DNA from: Phycisphaerales bacterium
GTDB lineage: Bacteria; Planctomycetota; Phycisphaerae; WQYP01
Reading direction: 5' to 3'
Assembly (NCBI GenBank): GCA_027451365.1
Contig: DAIDJN010000004.1
Coordinates: 1 to 21,980 of the forward strand
Length of the DNA: 21,980 nt
How positions within the stretch are numbered: the stretch's first letter is position 1; the number at the start of each line of letters is the position of its first letter. A model generated the notes under the pieces. That model saw only the letters and a list, made by a program, of their open reading frames with translations. It searched no databases and was not told the origin of the DNA. Below are positions 1 to 8,622 of the stretch, in pieces. A program made the position numbers and the translations under genes.

Positions 1-123
1 CCAGGGGTCGAGGCCATCCTCGCCTTAAGAGCAGCCTGGAAAAGTCAGGATGCCCGCTGGGAACGGCTGTGGGCCAACCGACCCGCCTACGTTATGACAA
101 AGACAATAAAAAACGCAGCATAA
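1..123 (+). mobile_element. 3' end of a probable IS transposase gene (ISKra4-like), truncated by the window start
   Basis: Frame +1 is open from base 1 to TAA at 121-123 and reads PGVEAILALRAAWKSQDARWERLWANRPAYVMTKTIKNAA*. The G-x-EAIL-x-LRA...W...W pattern resembles my recollection of ISKra4-family transposase C-termini. It is absent from the ORF track because it has no start codon in the window. Confidence 0.6.
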
Positions 124-137
124 ACTGTCACAGGCCC
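121..137. repeat. Candidate right terminal inverted repeat of the IS (TAAACTGTCACAGGCCC)
   Basis: Immediately follows the transposase stop and ends in CCC (GGGCCTGTGACAG read inward), an IS-end-like pattern. The partner repeat would lie outside the window, so it cannot be verified. Confidence 0.35.
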
Positions 138-164
138 GTGGGCAAGGCGAAGCTGATTTGTCGC

Positions 165-193
165 TTCACTTTGTCGGCTCTGGTAGATATAAT
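165..193 (+). promoter_or_regulatory. sigma70-type promoter of the iscA-like gene
   Basis: TTCACT (165-170), 17 bp spacer, perfect TATAAT (188-193). A GGAG Shine-Dalgarno-like sequence lies just upstream of ATG 243. Confidence 0.7.
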
Positions 194-242
194 CCATTGT
201 AGCTGCTCGCTGTGGAGTCGCGATGTTTTGGAGTAAAGCAAT

Positions 243-572
243 ATGGCAATTGTACTAAGTGAATCTGCGGCCAAGGAAATTAAATCGATCATCAAGGATC
301 AGGGCCTTTCCGATGCCGCCGCGTTGCGTGTTGGCGTCAAGGGTGGTGGATGTTCTGGTTTCAGTTATGTCCTTGACCTGACGGAAGAGGCGGCCGAAAC
401 GGATGAAGTTATGGAATCGCACGGGATCAAGGTATTGGCAGACCGCAAGAGCTATCTGTACCTGAATGGCACGGAAATTGACTTCAAAGATGAAGTTATG
501 GGACGCGGTTTTGTGTTTAAGAATCCCAACGCGAACCATTCCTGCGGATGCGGTTCTTCTTTCAGCGTCTGA
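243..572 (+). CDS. iscA: A-type Fe-S cluster assembly/carrier protein (IscA/ErpA/HesB family)
   Basis: 109 aa with LRVGVKGGGCSGFSY and C-terminal NPNA...CGCGSSF, giving the three conserved Cys. Confidence 0.95.
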   Translation: MAIVLSESAAKEIKSIIKDQGLSDAAALRVGVKGGGCSGFSYVLDLTEEAAETDEVMESHGIKVLADRKSYLYLNGTEIDFKDEVMGRGFVFKNPNANHSCGCGSSFSV

Positions 573-680
573 TGATGCAGTACGATTACCGCGGGACCCG
601 CAATCCGGTACGGGATTATCAAGGGTTTGTGGAATCGGGTTGATTGGTTGACGCCTTTTTTTGGAGTCAAAAAGATTTTT

Positions 681-706
681 ACCGGAGCCGGTGCTCCGGT
701 TTTTTT
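681..706 (+). terminator. Rho-independent terminator downstream of iscA
   Basis: Perfect 8-bp stem ACCGGAGC/GCTCCGGT with a 4-nt loop, followed by a run of T. Confidence 0.75.
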
Positions 707-977
707 ACGAGTATGAGGCCTCGTCCGGAAAGGTCTTCTGACGGCAAGCCGCATTTAGGTCAAAATAAGGGGGTGCCGCGCAGGCCGCGCAATTGCGTAG
801 TTCGGCGGCCGGGTCAGTTGTGATGGCCGGTTCTTGCGGTTAAAAAAAAAGTGGTTTGGCGACAGGTGGAACGGGCCGCGTAATTTTTTGTGCCGGGCAG
901 GAAGGTTTTGTGTGCAATCTTCCCGAAACCGGGTTAATTTTAATAAAGCCTTGTTGGCTCAATCATGGAAATTCGGC

Positions 978-1007
978 TTGACCAATTTGGACTGTTGCGC
1001 TTAACAT
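978..1007 (+). promoter_or_regulatory. Possible sigma70-type promoter for the pilus ATPase cluster
   Basis: TTGACC (978-983), 18 bp spacer, TAACAT (1002-1007). It would give a leader of about 370 nt before ATG 1385. Confidence 0.35.
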
Positions 1008-1384
1008 ACGTGGCTCGAATCCGCGCTGCGGGAAACCCGGCGACTCGGCGAAAAAAAATCAAGAAATCAGAAATTGCCGGGTAATGCGGAAAAAAATGGA
1101 AGAAGAAGGGCAAGCCGTCAGCGAAATCTGATTGGATTGGCCGCAAATATGGCGGATGTGTCCCGGCTAAGGCGGATATGGCTGGGCGCATGTCACAACT
1201 GGAATCCGATGCCGTGCGAAACCCCGTACGGATATATCGCGGCAGTTGGCAGCGCAGGCGGACAGCGAATAGCGGAGTCTTCAAAAGGATTGGATTCACC
1301 GCTGAACAGGGCGGGTTGGGGCGGCTGGCCCCAATGGCGTGCGTGAGTGCAGGGCAGTGCCCTGGGAAAGTCTGGGTGAGTTTC

Positions 1385-3094
1385 ATGGCGCGTAAACGCA
1401 AAGAGATTACCGAAATTCTGGTTGAGATGGGTGCGCTTAAACCGGCGAACGCGGAAAAAGCGCAAACCGAAGCCCGAAAGCTTAACCGGCAGATCGAACA
1501 AGTGCTGGTGGAAACAAACCTGGTGTCCGAAGAAGATGTCACCAAAGCCATGGCCATTCAATATGACATGGAATACATAGACCTTAATAAAAACTTTATG
1601 CAGGCCAGCGACTTTCGCCTGCTGCCTGCCGATGTGATCAAACGACACCAGGTATTGCCGCTGGGTGAAGAAAACGGAAAACTTCGTATTGTTATTGCGG
1701 ATCCTAATGATCTGGAAACCCTGGAAGCGTTGCGATTCCGCCTGAACAAGCCCTTGGAAACCTGCCTGGCGGTTAAAAGTGAAATAAAACGGCATATCGA
1801 CCGCATGTTTGCCGCCGAACAGAAATCAATTGACGATATGGTCCGGCAGATGAGCCTGGATCGCGGACAAAGCATTGATGTATCACTTCAGAAAGACAAA
1901 GAAGGCGATGAAGCCCCAATTATCCGCCTGGTTTCCGCCATTGTGACCGAAGCCTGCAAAGCTCGCGCCAGTGATATTCACATTGAGCCAATGAAAGACC
2001 GCATGCGCGTACGTTACCGGGTGGACGGCGTTTGTGCGGAACGTGACAATCTGAATAAAAAAATGCAGAATTCCGTCATTGCCCGTCTGAAAATCATGGC
2101 TGGAATGGACATTGCCGAACGTCGGCTGCCACAGGACGGACGCATTAAAATGGCGATCGACGGTGCCAATATCGATTTCCGTGTCAGTTCCCTTCCTGCC
2201 TACCATGGCGAATCGATGGTGTTGCGTATTTTGCGGCCCGACAACGTCAAAATCGGTATTCAGCGCATGGGGTTTGAAGACGAGGACTACCAGCGGTTCA
2301 AGAAAATTATTTCCCGTCCAAACGGAATTTTCCTGGTAACCGGTCCGACCGGTTCGGGCAAAACCACCACGCTTTATGGAGCGCTTGCGGAACTGAACAC
2401 CGCGGACCGCAAAATAATTACCGCCGAAGACCCGGTGGAATATAATTTTGCAGGCATCAATCAGTGTCAGGTGCGCGAAAACATTGGACTGTCTTTCGCC
2501 AAAATTCTCCGGTCAATGTTGCGGCAGGCACCCAATATCATCCTCGTTGGTGAAATTCGTGATCGGGAAGTCGCCGAGGTAGCCGTGCAGGCCGCTCTTA
2601 CCGGTCACCTTGTGTTCAGCACGCTGCACACGAATGACGCCCCCTCGGCAATTACCCGTCTGGTGGACATGGGTATCAAACCGTTTCTTGTGGCCTCATC
2701 CATTCAGGCGGTGCTGGCGCAGCGGCTGGTGCGAACTCTGTGCGATCAGTGCAAGCAGCCGGACCCTGAGCCAGACCGTCGTCTGCTGCAACTGCTTGGA
2801 TTCACCGATCAGGAACTGGCCAGCAAAACACTCTACCGTCCGGGCGGCTGTCCCACATGCAACAATAGCGGTTTTCGCGGCCGACTTGGTATATTTGAAA
2901 TGATGATGATGACCACAGAAATTCGGGAAATGGCCTTTAACCGCGCCAGCTCCACGCAGATTCGCAAAGTTGCCCGGGCCGCGGGCATGAAATCGTTGCT
3001 GGATGACGCGAAAATAAAAATCCTCAATGGTGTGACCACCGCTAGAGAGGTGGCCCGAGTGACGCAGGCCGAGGGAATTATGGCCGATGCCTGA
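1385..3094 (+). CDS. pilB: GspE/PilB-family extension ATPase (paralogue 1)
   Basis: ASDIHIEP, RRLPQDGR, Walker A GPTGSGKT, Asp box TAEDPVE, Walker B ILVGEIRD, His box TGHLVFSTLHTND and a tetra-Cys zinc motif (CDQC...CPTC). Start moved from 1178 to ATG 1385 (MARKRKEI) because the first 69 codons do not look protein-like. Confidence 0.92.
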   Translation: MARKRKEITEILVEMGALKPANAEKAQTEARKLNRQIEQVLVETNLVSEEDVTKAMAIQYDMEYIDLNKNFMQASDFRLLPADVIKRHQVLPLGEENGKLRIVIADPNDLETLEALRFRLNKPLETCLAVKSEIKRHIDRMFAAEQKSIDDMVRQMSLDRGQSIDVSLQKDKEGDEAPIIRLVSAIVTEACKARASDIHIEPMKDRMRVRYRVDGVCAERDNLNKKMQNSVIARLKIMAGMDIAERRLPQDGRIKMAIDGANIDFRVSSLPAYHGESMVLRILRPDNVKIGIQRMGFEDEDYQRFKKIISRPNGIFLVTGPTGSGKTTTLYGALAELNTADRKIITAEDPVEYNFAGINQCQVRENIGLSFAKILRSMLRQAPNIILVGEIRDREVAEVAVQAALTGHLVFSTLHTNDAPSAITRLVDMGIKPFLVASSIQAVLAQRLVRTLCDQCKQPDPEPDRRLLQLLGFTDQELASKTLYRPGGCPTCNNSGFRGRLGIFEMMMMTTEIREMAFNRASSTQIRKVARAAGMKSLLDDAKIKILNGVTTAREVARVTQAEGIMADA

Positions 3095-3156
3095 TGGGCC
3101 GGATTTCACAGCGAATTCCGATTGAATGATGATTCTTTTGCCATGGTGATTTAACA

Positions 3157-4299
3157 ATGTCAACCATTCTGATAGACCGGCTCCTGGAAACTGCGATCAA
3201 GAAGAACGCATCCGATCTTCATTTGCACGTCGGTCGGCCGCCCGTTTTACGGCTCAATGGTCATTTGCGGGACCTGCAAACAAAAGTTCTGGAGCCAGAT
3301 GATACCATGGCCCTGATGAAGGCAATTACGCCGGAGCGCGGCCAGCAGGAATTGCAGGAAACCGGCAGTACCGACTTCGGTTTCGCGTTCGCCACGGCCG
3401 ACGGATCGGCCAAGGCTCGCTTCCGTGTGGCGGCATTTCGGCAAAAAGGCAACATTTCCATCGTGTTGCGTAAAATTCCGTATAAGCTCATGTCCCTGTC
3501 TGATATTGGCCTGCCGCCGATCTGCGAAGAATTGTGCCGGCGGCCGCGCGGTCTGTTTCTGGTGACTGGCCCGACGGGTTCCGGTAAAACCACGACGCTC
3601 GCGGCCATGATTAACTACATCAACGAGAATTTTGATCGGCACATTCAAACGGTCGAAGACCCTGTTGAATATTATCATGAGCATAAAAAAAGCATGATCA
3701 CGCAACGTGAGGTGGGTCATGGCAGCGATGTGACAACGTTTTCTGAGTCTTTGCGTCGCGTGCTGCGGCAGGACCCTGATGTAATTCTGGTCGGCGAAAT
3801 GCGCGACCTTGAAACGATCAGTTCGGCTATTACATCTGCCGAAACGGGGCACTTGGTTTTCGGAACGCTGCATACTTCTGGCGCGGCCAGCACCATCAAC
3901 CGCGTGATTGACGCGTTTCCGGTTACGCAGCAGGAACAGATTCGTGTGCAGCTTTCGACCACGCTTCTAGCGGTGCTCAGCCAGGCCTTGTTGCCGCGAT
4001 GCGATACACCCGGTGTTGTAGCGGCATACGAATTTCTTGTGATTACACCGGCTATCGCCAACCTGATTCGTGAAAACAAGACGTTCCGTATTGATTCGGC
4101 CATTCAGACTGGTAAAAAGTTCGGCATGCAATTGCTGGACGACCATCTGCTGGACATTTATAAGTCTGGTCGAATTACTGCCGAAGATGCCATCGACAAA
4201 GCTCGCCATCCTGCTGACCTGGCCGATCGCATGGGGGCAAAAATGAACCGGCCAGATACGGAAACGGATAATTCGCCGCCCTTGAAGGGCGGCAAGTAG
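3157..4299 (+). CDS. pilT: Type IV pilus retraction ATPase PilT
   Basis: ASDLHL, GPTGSGKT, EDPVE, LRQDPDVILVGEMRD, AETGHLVFGTLHT, AIANLIRE (PilT AIRNLIRE motif) and GMQ. Confidence 0.95.
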   Translation: MSTILIDRLLETAIKKNASDLHLHVGRPPVLRLNGHLRDLQTKVLEPDDTMALMKAITPERGQQELQETGSTDFGFAFATADGSAKARFRVAAFRQKGNISIVLRKIPYKLMSLSDIGLPPICEELCRRPRGLFLVTGPTGSGKTTTLAAMINYINENFDRHIQTVEDPVEYYHEHKKSMITQREVGHGSDVTTFSESLRRVLRQDPDVILVGEMRDLETISSAITSAETGHLVFGTLHTSGAASTINRVIDAFPVTQQEQIRVQLSTTLLAVLSQALLPRCDTPGVVAAYEFLVITPAIANLIRENKTFRIDSAIQTGKKFGMQLLDDHLLDIYKSGRITAEDAIDKARHPADLADRMGAKMNRPDTETDNSPPLKGGK

Positions 4300-4439
4300 T
4301 CGGTAAGACGGGCGTGCCGTGGAGTTGGTCGCCGGAATATAAATTGTCGCCAGATTTGCGGTTTGCCGCCTGGCTTGACAGGAGTATAGGTGGTTCGGTT
4401 TCCGGCCTTTGGTCGGCCGCATAAACCACAGGAGAAAAC

Positions 4440-6287
4440 ATGGCAGATATACCCGCAGCTAATTCGCCCGGTGCACTGATAAAGCCACCGGCTAAACCTG
4501 TGCCCAATTCACCCGGCCCGACCGGTGGCGGACCTTTCAAGATGCCGCCGGTGGATCAGTTAAAGGATCGGCCGCTGGGGCGCGTCCTGATCAAAATGGG
4601 CAAACTGACCCGCGAACAGGTGCATCAGGCCTTGGCGATTCAGCAGCAGCAAAAGGCCAAGCGCATCAACACGCCGATCGGCCAGGTGCTGGTGGAACTG
4701 GGATTGATCACCACGCGCGATCTGAATTTTGCGCTTGCAGCGCAACGCGGGTTTGAAGTGGTGGATCTGACGAGCCGTGATATTCCGCCCGAAGTCATTA
4801 AACTGATTCCCGCGCAAATGGCCTCGGTTTATCGGGTGGTACCCACCGGGTACGATGCCAAATCCAACACGCTTACCATTGCGCTGGATTCACCGGATAA
4901 TTTTCGCGTGGTCGATGACCTGCAAACCCTGATGGGCTTCAAGGTTGTCACCTGTATTGCGGATCCGGATTCTCTGGCCAAGCTGATGGCCCGTTATTAC
5001 GACTCGAAGCAGGAATCGCTCGCGGATCTGATGAGTGAAGTCGGGTCGGATGCAACGCTCAAAGAGCTGGAAAACCGCGGCGATTCCATCGATCTGGAAA
5101 CCCTGAAGGACCTGGCTGAATCCAATCCAGTCAAGCGATTGTTGAACACGGTGCTTATGCAGGCGATCAAGGAACGCGCTTCAGATATTCACTTCGAACC
5201 GTTCGAAGAAGAATATAAAATGCGCTACCGCATTGACGGCGTTCTTTATGAAATGGTGCCACCGCCCAAATATATCGCGATGGCTATCGCCAGCCGTATT
5301 AAAGTCATGGCGAATCTGGACATTGCTGAACGCCGGCTGCCGCAGGACGGTCGTATTCCACTGGTGGTCGGCGGCCAGCCGATCGACCTGCGCGTTGCGG
5401 TGCTTCCAACTATTTTTGGTGAAAGCATTGTGCTGCGCGTGCTGGACCGGTCGAATGTGTCGCTGGATCTGGATAAACTCGGCATGCGCGAAGATGACCT
5501 TCGCGTGTTCCGGCAGATGATCAGCAAGCCCAACGGAATCGTTCTGGTAACTGGCCCGACCGGGTCGGGTAAAACCACCACGCTCTACGCCGCGCTCAAT
5601 GAACTGAACAGTGTGGAAGACAAACTGATTACCACCGAGGACCCCGTTGAATATGACATTGACGGCATTGTGCAGGTACAGATACGCCCGGAATATGAAT
5701 TGACGTTTGCCAAGTGCCTGCGATCCATTTTGCGTCAGGACCCGGATATTATTCTGGTCGGCGAAATTCGCGACAAGGAGACAGCCGAAATTGCCACGCA
5801 GGCTTCGCTGACCGGTCACCTTGTATTCAGCACACTCCATACAAATGATGCGCCATCTTCCATTGCTCGGTTGCTGGACCTTGGCGTTGAGCCATTCCTG
5901 ATTACCGCCACGCTTGAGGGCGTTCTGGCCCAGCGACTCTGTCGGCGTATCTGCTCCCGCTGCAAAGAGGAATATAAGCCGACTGAAGAGCAACTTATGG
6001 AACTTGAACTGACGCCCGACAGCGTCAAAGGTAAAACGTTCTTCCGTGGTCGTGGCTGTGGACAGTGCAACAACACGGGTTATCGCGGTCGATTGGGAAT
6101 TTGCGAAATCATGGTTCTCGACGATCAGATGCGTGAAATGATCATGCGGCACGAATCCACCAATCTGCTTCGCAATGCCGCCAAGCAGCGTGGCATGCGG
6201 TCTTTGCGTGACTCAGGCCTGGCGGGCATTTATGAAGGCCTGACCACTATCGAAGAAGTCGTCAAGCAGACCATTACCGAGGACTGA
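4440..6287 (+). CDS. pilB: GspE/PilB-family extension ATPase (paralogue 2) with an N-terminal MshEN-like domain
   Basis: AGGAG RBS; tandem xLGxxLxxxGxL...ALxxQ motifs; ASDIHFEP, GPTGSGKT, EDPVE, ILVGEIRD, TGHLVFSTLHTND, CSRC...CGQC. Confidence 0.93.
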   Translation: MADIPAANSPGALIKPPAKPVPNSPGPTGGGPFKMPPVDQLKDRPLGRVLIKMGKLTREQVHQALAIQQQQKAKRINTPIGQVLVELGLITTRDLNFALAAQRGFEVVDLTSRDIPPEVIKLIPAQMASVYRVVPTGYDAKSNTLTIALDSPDNFRVVDDLQTLMGFKVVTCIADPDSLAKLMARYYDSKQESLADLMSEVGSDATLKELENRGDSIDLETLKDLAESNPVKRLLNTVLMQAIKERASDIHFEPFEEEYKMRYRIDGVLYEMVPPPKYIAMAIASRIKVMANLDIAERRLPQDGRIPLVVGGQPIDLRVAVLPTIFGESIVLRVLDRSNVSLDLDKLGMREDDLRVFRQMISKPNGIVLVTGPTGSGKTTTLYAALNELNSVEDKLITTEDPVEYDIDGIVQVQIRPEYELTFAKCLRSILRQDPDIILVGEIRDKETAEIATQASLTGHLVFSTLHTNDAPSSIARLLDLGVEPFLITATLEGVLAQRLCRRICSRCKEEYKPTEEQLMELELTPDSVKGKTFFRGRGCGQCNNTGYRGRLGICEIMVLDDQMREMIMRHESTNLLRNAAKQRGMRSLRDSGLAGIYEGLTTIEEVVKQTITED

Positions 6288-6726
6288 TCCGGCACCGGCG
6301 GCATTTTTCCATTGATCTGACGGCCGGCATTGAATCATTGCGCGGGTCTGGCCCTTTGAATTATGAATATGCGACGTCATTGCGCCCCATGCAGGATCGA
6401 CCGCTCCCGTTGCGCTGAAATGCGTTGGAGCCATTTAAGTACCCCGCAGGTTCCCGTGAAGTCTACGTCCGCCAACCTGACAAATAATTCCCTTGGCGCG
6501 TATAACAAGCCCATCGCTGCATCCAGCCCCATAATCTGGTGCAGCATATTCATCTGCCGCCTGTCAGCGGGTTGCTAACCAATTGGCCTCGGTGCCTGGC
6601 GGAATCCACCGGTTTTTCGCCACGCACCTGCGGCTGCTCCAACTTTCCAACTGCTTCAGAAATGATGGCGGTCTGAATAGCCATGTTGACACCGGAATAT
6701 TGCGGCTGGTCAATGTCGCGTCCAAT

Positions 6727-6755
6727 TTGACTTGGCGTCCATCTTGCGGCATCAT
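6727..6755 (+). promoter_or_regulatory. sigma70-type promoter directly upstream of the guaB start codon
   Basis: TTGACT (6727-6732), 17 bp spacer, CATCAT (6750-6755). ATG follows after 6 nt. Confidence 0.5.
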
Positions 6756-6761
6756 TGTTAC

Positions 6762-8249
6762 ATGGAAAACCTTGAAAAAATAATCTCTGACGGTATTACC
6801 TTCGACGACGTTCTTCTGGTCCCGCGCTACAGCGACTTTGTGCCAACGGATGCGGATGTGCGCACGCGCATTACCCGTACCATTGAACTTAACCTGCCGC
6901 TGCTTTCCGCGCCGATGGACACGGTCACCGAGGGAGCTTTGGCAATTGCACTGGCCCAGGAGGGCGGCTTGGGCTGCATTCACAAAAATATGCCCGTGGA
7001 TGTGCAGTGCCGCGAGGTGGAAAAGGTGAAGCGATCGGCCAATGGCGTTATCACTGATCCGGTGACGCTGCCGCCAACGGCAACGGTCGCCAGCGCGCGA
7101 CAGATCATGAAGGAACAGAACATAAGCGGCATCCCGATTGTGGACGAAAGTTCACAGGAACTGGTTGGAATATTGACCCGCCGCGATATGAAGTTCCATG
7201 AAGGCGACGACCATGGACCGGTCAAATCCCTCATGACGCGGAAAAATCTGGTAACTGCACCGTCCGGCACCACACTGGAGCAGGCGGAAATCATCCTTAA
7301 CAATGCCCGGGTGGAAAAGCTGCTGCTAGTCGATGATCATCGGCGGCTCAAGGGCATGATTACAATGCGTGATATTGAAAAAACCCATCAGTTTCCCCAT
7401 GCCTGCAAGGACGCCCGCGGGCGATTGCGAGTCGGGGCGGCAGTGGGTATTCGTCAGTACGACCGCGTGGCTTCCCTGATTGAAAAAGGGGTGGACTTGC
7501 TGGTGGTGGATACCGCCCATGGTCACTCCAGCAATGTCATTGAAACGGTGCGAGAAATCAAACGCCGTTTCACCATTGATGTCATTGCGGGCAATATTGC
7601 CACCGCCGATGCAGCCAAAGACCTGATAGCAGCCGGAGCTGACGCCGTAAAAGTTGGGATTGGTCCGGGCAGTATTTGCACCACGCGCATTGTGTCGGGC
7701 GTGGGTGTGCCTCAAATTACAGCGATTATGAACGTGGTGAAGGTTGCCGCTCCCGCCGGCGTTCCGGTTATTGCCGATGGCGGCATTCGCCAGAGCGGCG
7801 ACATCACCAAGGCGCTGGCCGTTGGTGCCAGTGCGGTTATGATGGGTTCATTGTTTGCGGGACTGGATGAAAGTCCCGGTGAACTGGTGATTCGCCGGGG
7901 CAGACGGTTCAAAAGCTATCGCGGCATGGGTTCCATGGGGGCAATGGTGCAAGGATCAGCCGATCGGTACGGCCAGGCTGGCGTGCGCCAGTCATCCAAA
8001 CTGGTTCCCGAAGGCGTAGAGGGATTGGTGCATTATCGTGGGCCGCTGGGCGATTTCGTATACCAGATGGTAGGGGGATTGCGGGCGGGAATGGGCTACT
8101 GTGGCGCAAAAACGATTCATGATCTGCACGCCTTGGCGCAGTTCGTCCGCGTGACCCATGCCAGTATGGTGGAAAGCCATCCGCACGATATTACTATTAC
8201 CCGTGAAAGCCCGAATTATCATTCAGGCACGCCGCTGGGTGACGAATAA
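6762..8249 (+). CDS. guaB: Inosine-5'-monophosphate dehydrogenase with tandem CBS domains
   Basis: [25 protein letters not shown], catalytic loop [37 protein letters not shown]. Start placed at ATG 6762 (MENLEKII) rather than TTG 6732. Confidence 0.97.
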   Translation: MENLEKIISDGITFDDVLLVPRYSDFVPTDADVRTRITRTIELNLPLLSAPMDTVTEGALAIALAQEGGLGCIHKNMPVDVQCREVEKVKRSANGVITDPVTLPPTATVASARQIMKEQNISGIPIVDESSQELVGILTRRDMKFHEGDDHGPVKSLMTRKNLVTAPSGTTLEQAEIILNNARVEKLLLVDDHRRLKGMITMRDIEKTHQFPHACKDARGRLRVGAAVGIRQYDRVASLIEKGVDLLVVDTAHGHSSNVIETVREIKRRFTIDVIAGNIATADAAKDLIAAGADAVKVGIGPGSICTTRIVSGVGVPQITAIMNVVKVAAPAGVPVIADGGIRQSGDITKALAVGASAVMMGSLFAGLDESPGELVIRRGRRFKSYRGMGSMGAMVQGSADRYGQAGVRQSSKLVPEGVEGLVHYRGPLGDFVYQMVGGLRAGMGYCGAKTIHDLHALAQFVRVTHASMVESHPHDITITRESPNYHSGTPLGDE

Positions 8250-8391
8250 CTTTCACGCCACCCGGGCACCTTCCGCTTACCGGGCCGCTATGGCTTTGCC
8301 AACCGGAAGTTTATAATTGCGGCTGTATGATAACCGTTTATTGCAGGCGGAATTTCAGTCCGTATTAAGATGTTCCAAGGTGAGTTAACTT

Positions 8392-8622
8392 ATGCGAAAA
8401 CAAATTGCGTCAAGTTTTATTCTGCTTTTGTTTGCCACATTGCTGCCGCTTGTTTTGGCTGGCTGCGAAGAACGTGTGATCAAGGACAACAGCATTCGCC
8501 ACCAGTTTGAAAGCAGCATTCCCCAAAACGGGCAGGTACAGGTTTATGGCAACGGGAATTCCACTGATTCCGGTTCAAATTCCAACGGCCAGTTCATTTA
8601 CGATCCGACCGAGCCGCATTGA
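8392..8622 (+). CDS. Small predicted lipoprotein, function unknown
   Basis: 76 aa with a basic N-terminus, hydrophobic h-region and lipobox LAG-C (Cys25). AAGGTGAG RBS-like sequence upstream. Confidence 0.75.
   Translation: MRKQIASSFILLLFATLLPLVLAGCEERVIKDNSIRHQFESSIPQNGQVQVYGNGNSTDSGSNSNGQFIYDPTEPH

Noticed and set aside
1178..1384. 69-codon N-terminal extension of PilB paralogue 1 in the ORF track
   Set aside because: Its composition is not protein-like and family similarity begins at MARKRKEI (1385). The region is better explained as an untranslated leader.
4363..4390. Internal promoter for pilB paralogue 2 (TTGACA at 4375-4380, or TTGCCG-16-TATAGG)
   Set aside because: The perfect TTGACA has no -10 at 16-18 bp and the alternative pairing is weak, so it is not supportable without TSS data.
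6288..6761. Purine or other riboswitch upstream of guaB
   Set aside because: I found no purine-riboswitch core motifs, and the best promoter abuts the start codon.
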